Virus record (IMG/VR): IMGVR_UViG_3300049564_000023
Location: 1 to 35,747 of that record
DNA length: 35,747 bases
DNA from: a virus
Taxonomy: Duplodnaviria > Caudoviricetes
Strand: one strand, 5' to 3'
In this document: piece by piece, positions 16,669 through 25,028 of the stretch
Position numbering within the stretch: the first letter of the stretch is position 1
Layout: each line of letters begins with the position of its first letter
Made by a program: the position numbers and the translations under genes
The notes under the pieces: model-generated
Seen by the model: the letters and a program-made list of their open reading frames with translations, nothing else
What the model was told of the DNA's origin: nothing
Database searches by the model: none

Positions 16669-18141
16669 CTAGGTGGTCCCCGTCATCGCTACGAACGCGG
16701 ATGCGGAAAGCACCTTCGAGGTGTTCCTCCACCACGCGTACAAGCCCTGCTGGCCGGTGGGCAGGTTCCCCTGCGACGCACCGAACAGGAAGGGGATGCT
16801 CTGGATGTTCATCCCGAGCCTGTCCAGGATCAGGAAGTAGTTGAAGTCGCCGATCACCATGATCTTGGTGGCGTTGACGACCGTGGCCTGCATCGCCGAC
16901 GCCTCCCATGCTGAGCGGCCGATCAGGGTCGCCCCGGTGTTGCCGGGAGTCGGTGACTGGGTGACGAGCCCCTGCGAGACGTACAACCAGAGGGCTGCGC
17001 CGCCCGCCGTGTCGATCGCACGGATGACGTTGTAGATGCCGCGGTTGGCGACGATCGACGACCGTGCCCTGAACCGCGGCGGTAGCGCCGCCTCCATCGC
17101 GTAGACGTTGGCTGCCGTCACCGTCAGGCCGGTGGCTGCCGCCGAGGTGGCGGTCGTACCGGTCACGAAGCCCTGCGGGTTGACGGTCGTACCGGCGCCG
17201 GTCACGAACGCTGCGCCTTCCTCGTCGTCCTTCGCGTCCTGGAGGAGCGTCGCGAACTCAGTCTCGAGGTTCGTCCAGTCCTCTGCGACCTCGACCGAGA
17301 ACGGCACGAAGCAGTGCGCCTTGGTCACGGTCGCGGTCGGCTGGACGAGCGTCGGTGCGTTGTCGGTTGCCGCCGCCGCCTCAAGTGCGCGCGCCGCGCT
17401 GACCGCCGGCGAACTGACACCGTTCCAGGTGTTCGAGCCGGTGATCGACACGACCCTGGAGATTGCGCGGGCCGGGTTCACGACCGAGTTGGAGGTCGGG
17501 ATGATCGTCGGGTCGAGAGTCACCGGGACCGGAAGACCACCCGTGCCGCTGAGGGCGAGAGCGCGCTGCTCGTCGCTCGAGAGCGGGCTCTGGGTCATCG
17601 CCTTGCCGAACGCGCGACGGTAGATCGGGCTGCCGTGCTCGAGGATGTAGCGGGCCGTCTGGCCCGGCACGACCTCGTGCGTGGTCTCGATCAGCCGCTC
17701 GATGTGGCCCGGCACGTCCTTCTTGACCGTCGCCGGATGCGGATAGGTCGCCTTCTCCGCGAACCGCAGCACGCGGTCGCGAAGCTCTGAGCGCTGCCCC
17801 AGCGGCGACTCCGATGTCGCCCTGACCGTGGTCAGGTCGTAGATGTCGTCGCCGCGGACCGCGCCCGGCCGCTGGATCTGGAACGTCGCCCCGTCACCCG
17901 ACTCGGTCGAACCGTTCCCGTTGCCGTTCGATGCGGTCGACGTGATCTCCTCGTTGCGGACCTCCAGCTCCTTCTTCAGCGGCAAGAGCACCTCGTCGCG
18001 TTCCTCGAGCAGCGCGTTCCACTCCTCGCGCGCCTCCTCGGGAAACGCCTGCCCCGCGAACTCCTTGTCGAGCTCTGCGCGACGAGTGTTGATCTCTCCC
18101 ACCCGTTCGTCGATCTGATCGATGGTCATCTGAGTCGCCAC
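16669..18141 (-). CDS. Major capsid protein, HK97 fold, with N-terminal delta/scaffold domain
   Basis: GGLPVPVTLDPTII...GDFNYFLILDRLG; coiled-coil N-terminus; AAGGAGGT SD; follows the protease. Confidence 0.93.
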   Translation of the reverse strand: MATQMTIDQIDERVGEINTRRAELDKEFAGQAFPEEAREEWNALLEERDEVLLPLKKELEVRNEEITSTASNGNGNGSTESGDGATFQIQRPGAVRGDDIYDLTTVRATSESPLGQRSELRDRVLRFAEKATYPHPATVKKDVPGHIERLIETTHEVVPGQTARYILEHGSPIYRRAFGKAMTQSPLSSDEQRALALSGTGGLPVPVTLDPTIIPTSNSVVNPARAISRVVSITGSNTWNGVSSPAVSAARALEAAAATDNAPTLVQPTATVTKAHCFVPFSVEVAEDWTNLETEFATLLQDAKDDEEGAAFVTGAGTTVNPQGFVTGTTATSAAATGLTVTAANVYAMEAALPPRFRARSSIVANRGIYNVIRAIDTAGGAALWLYVSQGLVTQSPTPGNTGATLIGRSAWEASAMQATVVNATKIMVIGDFNYFLILDRLGMNIQSIPFLFGASQGNLPTGQQGLYAWWRNTSKVLSASAFVAMTGTT

Positions 18142-19016
18142 CGTGGTTCCACCTCCTTCTTGCCTGTGTAGAGAGGGGCCACTACTTCCGCGCGGCGTCC
18201 ACGGATCGGGTGGGAAGTCCCGGCGCGATCTCTTGGAGGTGCACTCGCATCGGCTGCCCTCTTTGTGGCCGATGCCATTTCGTCGTCCTCCGGAGGTTCG
18301 TCCTCCGAAATCTCGTAAGCCTGAAGCTCGTGGAGCGTCTGGATGACAGCCTCCATCCTCGCCTGGTCGCCAGGCTCGTCTTCGATGTAGCTGCCGGCGA
18401 GCGCGATCATCTGCGCTAGGCGGTCAAGGTCTTCGCTGTCGACCTTGTCGGCCAGCATCCGGTCGGTCAGTGAGCGGAGCCCTGCCGTCGCGCCCTGGTA
18501 GGCCGGGAAGGTGACGGGGCCGAACTCGACCATCCGCACCTCTTTGATCGTCCGCTCGGGCAGAGCGTCCGGGTTATGGTCGGAGCGCTTCGCTTTGCGG
18601 TCCCAGTTCTCCCGCAAGACCTCGAAGCGGTAGGAGGATCCGTACGCGCCCGCATCGAGGCCGGGGATCAGTTCCCTGTTGTAGACCGTATCGAACATCG
18701 GCACCGCATAGTCGACGGTGCGCTCGTTCGCTTCAAGCGAAGCGATCACTCCGAGCGGCTTGTCGCCAATCTGCGGATCTTGGCCGTGCTGGAAAAGGAC
18801 GCGCATCTTGTCGCGGTTCTCGCTGATCGTCTTGTCGAAGGCGCCAGGAGCGTTCCGCTCCATGAAGTGGCCTTCGGAGTACGAGTCGATCTCGCTCCAC
18901 TCGTCAAAGACCGCCAGCGAGCCGACCAGCGTCGGCATCCCTTCGTCCTCTGATCGAAGCTCGTAGCCGTGCGGCAGCGCACGAAACTCGGGCTTCGCCT
19001 TGCCGTTCTCTCTCAT
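18126..19016 (-). CDS. HK97-family prohead protease
   Basis: FMERNAPGAFDKT...LFQHG...GSSYRF...ERTIKEVRMVEFGPVTFPAY. Confidence 0.93.
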   Translation of the reverse strand: MRENGKAKPEFRALPHGYELRSEDEGMPTLVGSLAVFDEWSEIDSYSEGHFMERNAPGAFDKTISENRDKMRVLFQHGQDPQIGDKPLGVIASLEANERTVDYAVPMFDTVYNRELIPGLDAGAYGSSYRFEVLRENWDRKAKRSDHNPDALPERTIKEVRMVEFGPVTFPAYQGATAGLRSLTDRMLADKVDSEDLDRLAQMIALAGSYIEDEPGDQARMEAVIQTLHELQAYEISEDEPPEDDEMASATKRAADASAPPRDRAGTSHPIRGRRAEVVAPLYTGKKEVEPRWRLR

Positions 19017-19020
19017 GGTC

Positions 19021-19034
19021 TTGTTCTTCGGCTA
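19021..19034 (-). promoter_or_regulatory. Late promoter-like motif TAGCCGAAGAACAA (leaderless spacing to ATG 19016)
   Basis: Exact 14-mer; GCCGAAGA ends 8 nt before the start codon. Confidence 0.78.
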
Positions 19035-20408
19035 CGGATTCGCGGAGTCGCCGTTCGCGCTCACTGGCGCAGGCTCGGCGGATGCCACAGCGCCGCCGAC
19101 GAGTGAACCCTTGCCCTCTCCGACCGCCCCGATCGGGGTCAGCTGCACCGACAGCATCCCGGTGTGCGCGAGCTCGCTCCATTCCGGGTTGACGGTCGCC
19201 ACAACCGCGTCCGGCTCGAAGCCGGCGGTGATCAGTGAGTGGATCGTGGCCGCCCGGATCTGGTCGATCTCGGCCTCGTCGCGGGCGTTCTCGTGCAAGG
19301 CCGGGATGTCTCGGTCGTCGTACCAGAGATCAGCGCCAGGAGGGACGGTGATGATGGTCGCCAGCGACCCGGCGGCGTTCCGCCACAGCGGCCGCATGGT
19401 CAGGTCGACGAAGCGGCGCATCGCAAGCTGATAGTTCGAGTACGTCGCCGACGCCAGGCCCTCCGAGAACCCGGCGATCACCGGCGGCACTTCGGCGGCG
19501 GCCGCGATTCGGGTCTCGCCGGCGCCCTGCGTGACCTTGAACTCAAGCTGCTGAAAGTTGGCTCCGACCACGGTCGCGTCCGCGCCCGAGGTGAGGAACA
19601 GCGTCTTGTAGGCGTTGTCGATCCCCTCGTGCTTGGCCTTGAACGTCGCGATCAGCGAGTCGAACGCGTCTTTGCGTACGCCTTCGGGAACCTTCACGAC
19701 CATGTTCGGGGTGGCCGCGTTGTTGAAGAAACGCTCCTTGTGCGTGGTTGCCGCCCCGTCCGCCATCACTTCGCGGATCACTGGCGTCAGCCAGGACATC
19801 CCCTTGTAGTTCGCCTCGGGGTCGGGGTTCGGTGCGAAGTGCGCAACCTCGTCGGCGCCGAACGGGATCGGATCCAGGCCGGAGCTTCGTCCTTCGGGCC
19901 AGTAGGCGTATCCGAGCTTGTCCAGACGGCGCAACGGGCTGGTCTCGTTCAGCGCAAGCACGATGTCGACCCAGTCCGGCCGCAACACCTGGAGACGGTC
20001 GCCGCGGTTGATCACGAAACTGTTGCCGGCAAGGTCCGCCTGCTGGATCATCCGCGCCAGCAAGTCCCCTGTCGTGCCGCCAGGCCACGGCACCTCGAGC
20101 GGCCCCAGCGCAGTCGTCCCGAACAGCTTGCCGCGGCGGCCGCCACTCATCGCGCTGAACTGGAACCGAGCCTCCGAGAACAGCCGCATCCTGACCGCCA
20201 TACAGGTGTAGATCGGCCCATTGTTTTTGTAGACGCCACGGATGTAGCCGGCGAAGCTGGGATCCACCGATTCGGGCTTGTTCGGCGGCATCGTCTGCGA
20301 CGGGACGAGATTGGCGCTGACGCCGCCGTACAGGAACTGGGTTGCGTTCAGGTACTCGCTGACCGACATGGTCGGAAACGCGCGCTGCTCCCAGAAGCGA
20401 AGATTCAC
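19032..20408 (-). CDS. Portal protein, HK97 family
   Basis: LAGNSF...LRPDWV...EVAHF...GMSWL...FFNNAATP...IAAAAEVPP...ATYSNY. Confidence 0.93.
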   Translation of the reverse strand: MNLRFWEQRAFPTMSVSEYLNATQFLYGGVSANLVPSQTMPPNKPESVDPSFAGYIRGVYKNNGPIYTCMAVRMRLFSEARFQFSAMSGGRRGKLFGTTALGPLEVPWPGGTTGDLLARMIQQADLAGNSFVINRGDRLQVLRPDWVDIVLALNETSPLRRLDKLGYAYWPEGRSSGLDPIPFGADEVAHFAPNPDPEANYKGMSWLTPVIREVMADGAATTHKERFFNNAATPNMVVKVPEGVRKDAFDSLIATFKAKHEGIDNAYKTLFLTSGADATVVGANFQQLEFKVTQGAGETRIAAAAEVPPVIAGFSEGLASATYSNYQLAMRRFVDLTMRPLWRNAAGSLATIITVPPGADLWYDDRDIPALHENARDEAEIDQIRAATIHSLITAGFEPDAVVATVNPEWSELAHTGMLSVQLTPIGAVGEGKGSLVGGAVASAEPAPVSANGDSANP

Positions 20409-20611
20409 GCCACGGCCTCCTTCGTGATCCGGAGACCAGGACTGAGAATGAGGACATTGTGCTCAGGGAACTCGCTCTTCAACTCAGTCATGAGACGGTC
20501 AACAAGCTCCGGGGTGAAACGGGCTGGCTCCTCGATCGAGACGACTATGCGGTCGCCGGGCTCGAGATGAAGCGACTCGACGCGGCCCGTGATCTTCAAG
20601 TCGACGGTCAC
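20405..20611 (-). CDS. Hypothetical protein (68 aa) between terminase and portal
   Basis: GTGA overlaps at both ends; MTVDLKITGRVESLHLEPGD... Confidence 0.65.
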   Translation of the reverse strand: MTVDLKITGRVESLHLEPGDRIVVSIEEPARFTPELVDRLMTELKSEFPEHNVLILSPGLRITKEAVA

Positions 20612-22122
20612 GCCATCGCCGCCAAGGGGACGTCCGCGAACTCGTTCATGTGCTGGGCACGCCAGACCGCGAGCGCCATCGCCGGCACCGCGTCGATCGG
20701 CATCCGCGGATCGATCTTCCGCACCCGACGCAACTCGGAACCGAAGCCGCGCTCCACCCCCGTGTTCGCGACATGTGAACGGATCACCGGGTCGCCCGTG
20801 TGCCGCAGCTGACCCTCGGACGCGAGGTTGAACAGCGCCTGTAGAGCGTCCCGCATCGCCTTTGACGAAGGCTCGACCGGGAAGATGCACCGCTCAGCCA
20901 GACGCGCGTCGACGATCTCCATCGACCGCTCGAGGTAGCGCGGATCGTAGGCGGCCTCCTCGACCTGGAACTCGTCGAAGCGATCGAGGATGAACGCCTC
21001 CACATCGTCGAAGTCGATCTTGCCGCTGTCGTGAAAAACGTGCGCCTCGATGTCCTTGCGCACACTGAACACCCTGGCCTCAACGGTGACGATTCCTTCA
21101 TCGTCGCAGTCGGCCCAGGCGATCACCGTCGTGTCCCAGGTACGCGAACCGTCACCACCCAGACAGACGAACGAGCCAGCCTTGATCGGTTCCCCGGTCG
21201 CGAGCGCGTCCCAGTCGCGAAGGTCGAGGAATGGATCCTTGCCCTCGTCGAGCGTGGGGATGTTGCAAGTCATCCGCCGCCAGTGCGACTCCGTCATCGT
21301 CGGGTCGGCGAGCTTCTCGGCGAGCGACTGCCGCGTAATCGACTTGAGCGGATTCGCCGCCTTGACCGCGACCGCATCGAGGATGTCTGCCTCCGACCGC
21401 ACAGCCCAGTCATGAAGAACGACCTTGTCGGTGGCGTAGCGGATGAACGCGCCATGCTTGTCGACCTTGCTGGCCTCCGCCTTGATCTTGTCGCGGGTCG
21501 TCTCGAACTCATGGCCCGGCTCTCCCGCGGTCGAGATCACGATCAGCTTCGCACCCTGCACCGAACCCCAGCCCGAAAAGACGTCGCGCACAAAAGCCCG
21601 CTGGAACGGCTCCAGCGTGACGAACTCGCCACTGTCAAGCACAAGCGTCTTGCACCAGGCGTCAAAGTGCTTCAGCGTGAACGGCAACCTGCCGGTCCGC
21701 TTGTTCAGCTTCCCACGCCACGTCCGATGTAACGCCAGATCCTTGTGGCGATGGAGCTCGTCCAAGAACCCGAACGGCCACGGAATCACACCATCCGCGG
21801 CACCAGCATCAGCCGCATGAACCTCGATCTGGCCAACAGTCTCGCCACGCTTCGTATCCCCCGGCCGGCGCAAATGGATCTGCCGATAGCCGTCAAAACA
21901 CTCGAACCAAAAACCCTCATCATCCGGCTGATGGAGCCCCGACCTGGACACGAAACCCTTCATCTGCCGATACATGATCCGCGCCTGATCCCGCGTCGAC
22001 GCCGCAACCGGGATCGACGCCTCACCACCAAACCTCAACCCATACAAGCCGAGCGCCGCCAGCAGCGTCGTCTTGCCGTTCCCCTCCGGCAACACCAGCC
22101 ACAACACCTGAGGCTCAGCCAT
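20608..22122 (-). CDS. terL: Terminase large subunit
   Basis: Walker A PEGNGKTT, Walker B FLDELH, coupling motif ISTAG, nuclease GGDGS..WD, YDP, IDAVPAMALA. Confidence 0.95.
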   Translation of the reverse strand: MAEPQVLWLVLPEGNGKTTLLAALGLYGLRFGGEASIPVAASTRDQARIMYRQMKGFVSRSGLHQPDDEGFWFECFDGYRQIHLRRPGDTKRGETVGQIEVHAADAGAADGVIPWPFGFLDELHRHKDLALHRTWRGKLNKRTGRLPFTLKHFDAWCKTLVLDSGEFVTLEPFQRAFVRDVFSGWGSVQGAKLIVISTAGEPGHEFETTRDKIKAEASKVDKHGAFIRYATDKVVLHDWAVRSEADILDAVAVKAANPLKSITRQSLAEKLADPTMTESHWRRMTCNIPTLDEGKDPFLDLRDWDALATGEPIKAGSFVCLGGDGSRTWDTTVIAWADCDDEGIVTVEARVFSVRKDIEAHVFHDSGKIDFDDVEAFILDRFDEFQVEEAAYDPRYLERSMEIVDARLAERCIFPVEPSSKAMRDALQALFNLASEGQLRHTGDPVIRSHVANTGVERGFGSELRRVRKIDPRMPIDAVPAMALAVWRAQHMNEFADVPLAAMA

Positions 22123-22474
22123 CGACCCGCGAGAGTGAGTTTCGCGAAAACCTGGTCATGGGTATTTCAGCGGCGGGTTCACGATGCTTGCCCACCCCCC
22201 CACGGTCACGTTTGCTCGAGTTGCATGGACGGCAGAGAACGCGGAGGTTGTGTGATGCGTTGGTACCGCCTTTGGAGAGCGGGACGATGTGGTCGAGGGT
22301 GAGGTCGCTCGTGCTACCGCAGTGGGCGCAGCGTGGTGAGCGTGCGATGAGGCGTCGGCTAAGTCGAGCCCATGCTGAGGTGTAGCCGCGTTGGGTGGGT
22401 GTGCCGCGTCTTCGTTCTGTGTTGGGGCAGCGGCCTTGGTGGTGGGTGTTGCAGTGGGTGCAGTAGCGGAGCAC
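22115..22474 (-). CDS. Packaging-associated HNH endonuclease (HK97 gp74-like)
   Basis: RGY..AW.RL...CAHCG...DHIVPLSKGGTN...NLRVLCRPCNSSK, directly before terL. Confidence 0.9.
   Translation of the reverse strand: MLRYCTHCNTHHQGRCPNTERRRGTPTQRGYTSAWARLSRRLIARSPRCAHCGSTSDLTLDHIVPLSKGGTNASHNLRVLCRPCNSSKRDRGGVGKHREPAAEIPMTRFSRNSLSRVDG
22130..22205. other. Probable cos / packaging-initiation region
   Basis: G-run (minus GGGGGGGTGGG at 22201-22191), palindrome TTTCGCGAAA at 22140-22149, and an abrupt switch from C/A-rich to G/T-rich plus strand. Confidence 0.5.
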
Positions 22475-22477
22475 GAG

Positions 22478-22491
22478 TTGTTCTTCGGCTA
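22478..22491 (-). promoter_or_regulatory. Late promoter-like motif TAGCCGAAGAACAA (leaderless spacing to GTG 22474)
   Basis: Exact 14-mer; intergenic; GCCGAAGA ends 7 nt before the HNH start. Confidence 0.78.
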
Positions 22492-22508
22492 GCGCTCTGC
22501 TTAGTTCG

Positions 22509-22748
22509 TCAAGCGGGGTTCTTCTGGAGCCACCTCTTGCGAATGCCCTCGACTTCCTCGCCGGACATTTTCCCGGGGAACGTGAGGATCATCGTGGGCT
22601 TGAGTAGTTCGTTGATCGCGTTCTGGTAGGTGCGCCAAGCGGCGACCTCGGATACCGGCATGTCGAGTTGAGCGAGCGTGGTGCCCTTGTCACAGATCGT
22701 GATCTTGACGTGCAGCGTCTTGGGTGCCGGTGTTGGCGTGTCGGTCAT
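22509..22748 (-). CDS. Hypothetical protein (79 aa)
   Basis: GGAG SD, ATGA overlap. Confidence 0.65.
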   Translation of the reverse strand: MTDTPTPAPKTLHVKITICDKGTTLAQLDMPVSEVAAWRTYQNAINELLKPTMILTFPGKMSGEEVEGIRKRWLQKNPA

Positions 22749-22885
22749 TGGTCTCCAATCCGAGCAGTGAGTTCGCTACGCAGCTGCTCTTGTCTGAGGC
22801 GGATGGTGCGCAGGGGGAGGTGGAGGATGATTGCGATTTCGCGTTCGGTGAAGCCCAAGTAGATCCTGAAGCTCACTTCCTTCAG
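22745..22885 (-). CDS. Sigma-70 region 4-like HTH segment, in the +1 frame relative to the region 2 ORF
   Basis: LKEVSFRIYLGFTEREIAIILHLPLRTIRLRQEQLRSEL. The frame is open back to ATG 23212; mode of translation unknown. Confidence 0.65.
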   Translation of the reverse strand: MKEVSFRIYLGFTEREIAIILHLPLRTIRLRQEQLRSELTARIGDQ

Positions 22886-23237
22886 TGTCCAGAGGCTCGA
22901 TGGTGTGAGGGTGTTCGGGTCGATTGTCGAGGGTGGTGAAGGTGGGTGGTGTCCGTTCGTGGATGCGGTCTTTGAAGACCCAGCGTGTGCGGTAGTTGCC
23001 GCGTTTCCAGTCGACGATGAAGCGGTTAAGGCGGGCGCCGGCGGTGTGGCTAAAGGTGCCGAGCTCAGGGTTGTATTTGCCGTTTTGGCTGAGTTCCCAG
23101 ATGAATGTGATGCAGTCGGCGAGGAGGTCTTCGTGGTCGAGGTAGCCGTATTCGGTGAGGCCGCTGCGTTGGATGGCGTGGTCGGCGAAGGCTTCGACGT
23201 CGCGGATGTCATGGAGTGTGAGCCTTTGTTGGAGCAC
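22776..23237 (-). CDS. Phage sigma-70-family factor, region 2(-3) part
   Basis: EDLLADCITFIWELSQNGKYNPELGTFSHTAGARLNRFIVDWKRG matches the region 2 D-L...YDP..G.F.TYA...I...I.D..R pattern. Start GTG 23237 is tentative. Confidence 0.75.
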   Translation of the reverse strand: MLQQRLTLHDIRDVEAFADHAIQRSGLTEYGYLDHEDLLADCITFIWELSQNGKYNPELGTFSHTAGARLNRFIVDWKRGNYRTRWVFKDRIHERTPPTFTTLDNRPEHPHTIEPLDTEGSELQDLLGLHRTRNRNHPPPPPAHHPPQTRAAA

Positions 23238-23451
23238 GCTTTGAGGGTAGGGGGCGGGGTGGATAGCGTGAGATGTAGGTGCCGGCTGGGTGGTTGTGGA
23301 GTTGGTCGGGTGTGAGTTGGCGTATTTGGCGGCGGGTCTCTTGGTAGTCGGCGGGGGTGAGGAGGGCGAGGGTGCGGAGCCAGTCGGCGTTGTCGGTGAG
23401 GAGTGTGGGTTGGGGTGGGTCGTGGTCGCGGGCGTGGTGGAGGTGGGGCAT
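23209..23451 (-). CDS. Hypothetical protein (80 aa)
   Basis: ATG 3 nt after the helicase stop. Confidence 0.55.
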   Translation of the reverse strand: MPHLHHARDHDPPQPTLLTDNADWLRTLALLTPADYQETRRQIRQLTPDQLHNHPAGTYISRYPPRPLPSKRAPTKAHTP

Positions 23452-23454
23452 GGC

Positions 23455-24786
23455 TTAGAAGGGGATGTCGTCGTCGGGTCTTGGTGGTCGTGTGACTGGG
23501 TCCGGGGCTGGTGGTTCCCCGTAGGGGAAGCCACCGCCAGGGTCCCGGTCGAGGGTCTCAGTCAGGGTCTCGGTCGGGTCCTGGTCGTACCTGGTCGCCA
23601 AACCCGCATGGTTATGCGTAGTGGTTTGGGACCCAGTCGGGACCTGGTCGTCGTGTTGGTTCGTGTACCTAGTCGGGTCCCGGTCAGCTGAATCTTGGGC
23701 CTCTCGGTAGGGGTGAATGGCCTCGACGAGTTTGGCCCCACGAGCTCCGTCGATGGAGCGGAAGTAGTGCTCGCGGACGAGTGTGTCGATGGCGATTCGC
23801 GCGTATTTTCGGTTGCCTCCGACAGCGTCTAGGACGGTGTTACGGCTGACCGGTTCGGAGCAGCTTTCGACGAAGATGGAGGCGCGTTCCATCTTGCCTG
23901 TGGGCCGGAAGACGTCAGGATGAATCTCAGTTTCGTGTTCGACTCGTTCCCATGCTCCGAAGGTGCCCGCACCGATCGTCATTTCCCAGCGGCCGGAGTT
24001 GCCGAAGCGGCTGTCGGTGATCTCGAGGCGTATGCGGCCGACGTTGTCGAGCCCGAACTTCTCTACGGTTTCGAGGACGAACAGGATCTCGTTCAGGTCA
24101 CCTTTGCTGCTGGCGCCGCGGCCGCGTCTTGGCTCGTTGTGGCCGGTGTTGTCGAGGATGAGGGTGGCGATCGAGACTTGGAATAGTGGGTCGATAAGGG
24201 CGGCCATGAAGTCGGCGTAGTCGTCGGACGAGTTTTCTTCGAGGCCGAGGTCCGAGAGATACATGCGTTGTGAGTCAAAGATGACGAGGTCGCTGCCGGC
24301 GCATAGGGCTGCGAGGTCGGCGTGGTCGTCTTTGTGGAAGCGTGGGAACTCGTAGTAGTGAAGGCTGTGCGCGAGTGTTTCTTGGGCTTCATTGTCGAGT
24401 TCGCGGCCCTGGATAATCGCCTCGAGTCGTGAGGCGTAGAGGTCTGCGCCATTCTCGCGGTCAAAGATTGTGGTGTGGCTGCCGGCGAGTGCCATGTCCA
24501 CGATGTGGACGAGCGCGGCGATGGATTTGCCGACTTTCTTGGGTGCTGCCCAGTGGTGTCGTTTGCCTCGGCGGAGCATGTATTCCGAGGCAGGCAGGTA
24601 GTCGGCCGGCGGGACGCCATTGCGAATCCTGTCGAGGAGGTTGACGCGGCGGTCGTGGACGCGCTCGATGAAGCTGCCCGGCAGGGCGCCGTTTGGCGCT
24701 GTCTCTAGGTCGTTGTCAGCGTCGAGAAGGGCGCGCAGGGTGGCTTCGTCGTCTTGTGGGAACAGGTCAGCCATCGCCTCGGTCAT
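23455..24786 (-). CDS. RecA-fold (AAA_25 / RepA-like) replicative ATPase / helicase
   Basis: Walker A AAPKKVGKS, Walker B LVIFDS, ILDNTGH...RGRGASSKG; possible wHTH; acidic DDDIPF tail. Confidence 0.82.
   Translation of the reverse strand: MTEAMADLFPQDDEATLRALLDADNDLETAPNGALPGSFIERVHDRRVNLLDRIRNGVPPADYLPASEYMLRRGKRHHWAAPKKVGKSIAALVHIVDMALAGSHTTIFDRENGADLYASRLEAIIQGRELDNEAQETLAHSLHYYEFPRFHKDDHADLAALCAGSDLVIFDSQRMYLSDLGLEENSSDDYADFMAALIDPLFQVSIATLILDNTGHNEPRRGRGASSKGDLNEILFVLETVEKFGLDNVGRIRLEITDSRFGNSGRWEMTIGAGTFGAWERVEHETEIHPDVFRPTGKMERASIFVESCSEPVSRNTVLDAVGGNRKYARIAIDTLVREHYFRSIDGARGAKLVEAIHPYREAQDSADRDPTRYTNQHDDQVPTGSQTTTHNHAGLATRYDQDPTETLTETLDRDPGGGFPYGEPPAPDPVTRPPRPDDDIPF
23540..23685. 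repeat. Iteron-like array of about 9 direct 10-11 bp repeats around a hairpin; candidate origin
   Basis: GGGTCCCGGTC x2, GGGTCTCAGTC, GGGTCTCGGTC, GGGTCCTGGTC, GTACCTGGTC, GGGACCCAGTC, GGGACCTGGTC, GTACCTAGTC; central CCAAACC-CGCAT...ATGCG...GGTTTGG at 23598-23629. Confidence 0.7.
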
Positions 24787-25028
24787 CGCTTGGCGAAGAC
24801 CCAGTCATCGTCCACGCTGGACCATCGCGCCTTGAGTTCTCCACTGAGGCAAAGGCCGACCATGGCTGCCTCGATAAGAGCGCTTTCACAGAACGAGCAG
24901 AACGCTTGGACTTCGCCGGTTGATAGTCCGCGCGGGTGTTCGCCCTCGAGGACGGCGGAGACGAGCGCCTGGTAATCGTCTGTGTCTAGTTCTGGAAGCC
25001 GGGCTAGGACCGCGGCAGCCTTGCTCAT
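24783..25028 (-). CDS. Hypothetical protein (MSKAAAVL...)
   Basis: GGAG SD; ATGA overlaps at both ends. Confidence 0.7.
   Translation of the reverse strand: MSKAAAVLARLPELDTDDYQALVSAVLEGEHPRGLSTGEVQAFCSFCESALIEAAMVGLCLSGELKARWSSVDDDWVFAKR

Noticed and set aside
19239-20570. Long plus-strand ORFs such as 19239-20570, 3146-4063 and 29877-30737
   Set aside because: Antisense shadows of GC-rich genes with no recognisable motifs.
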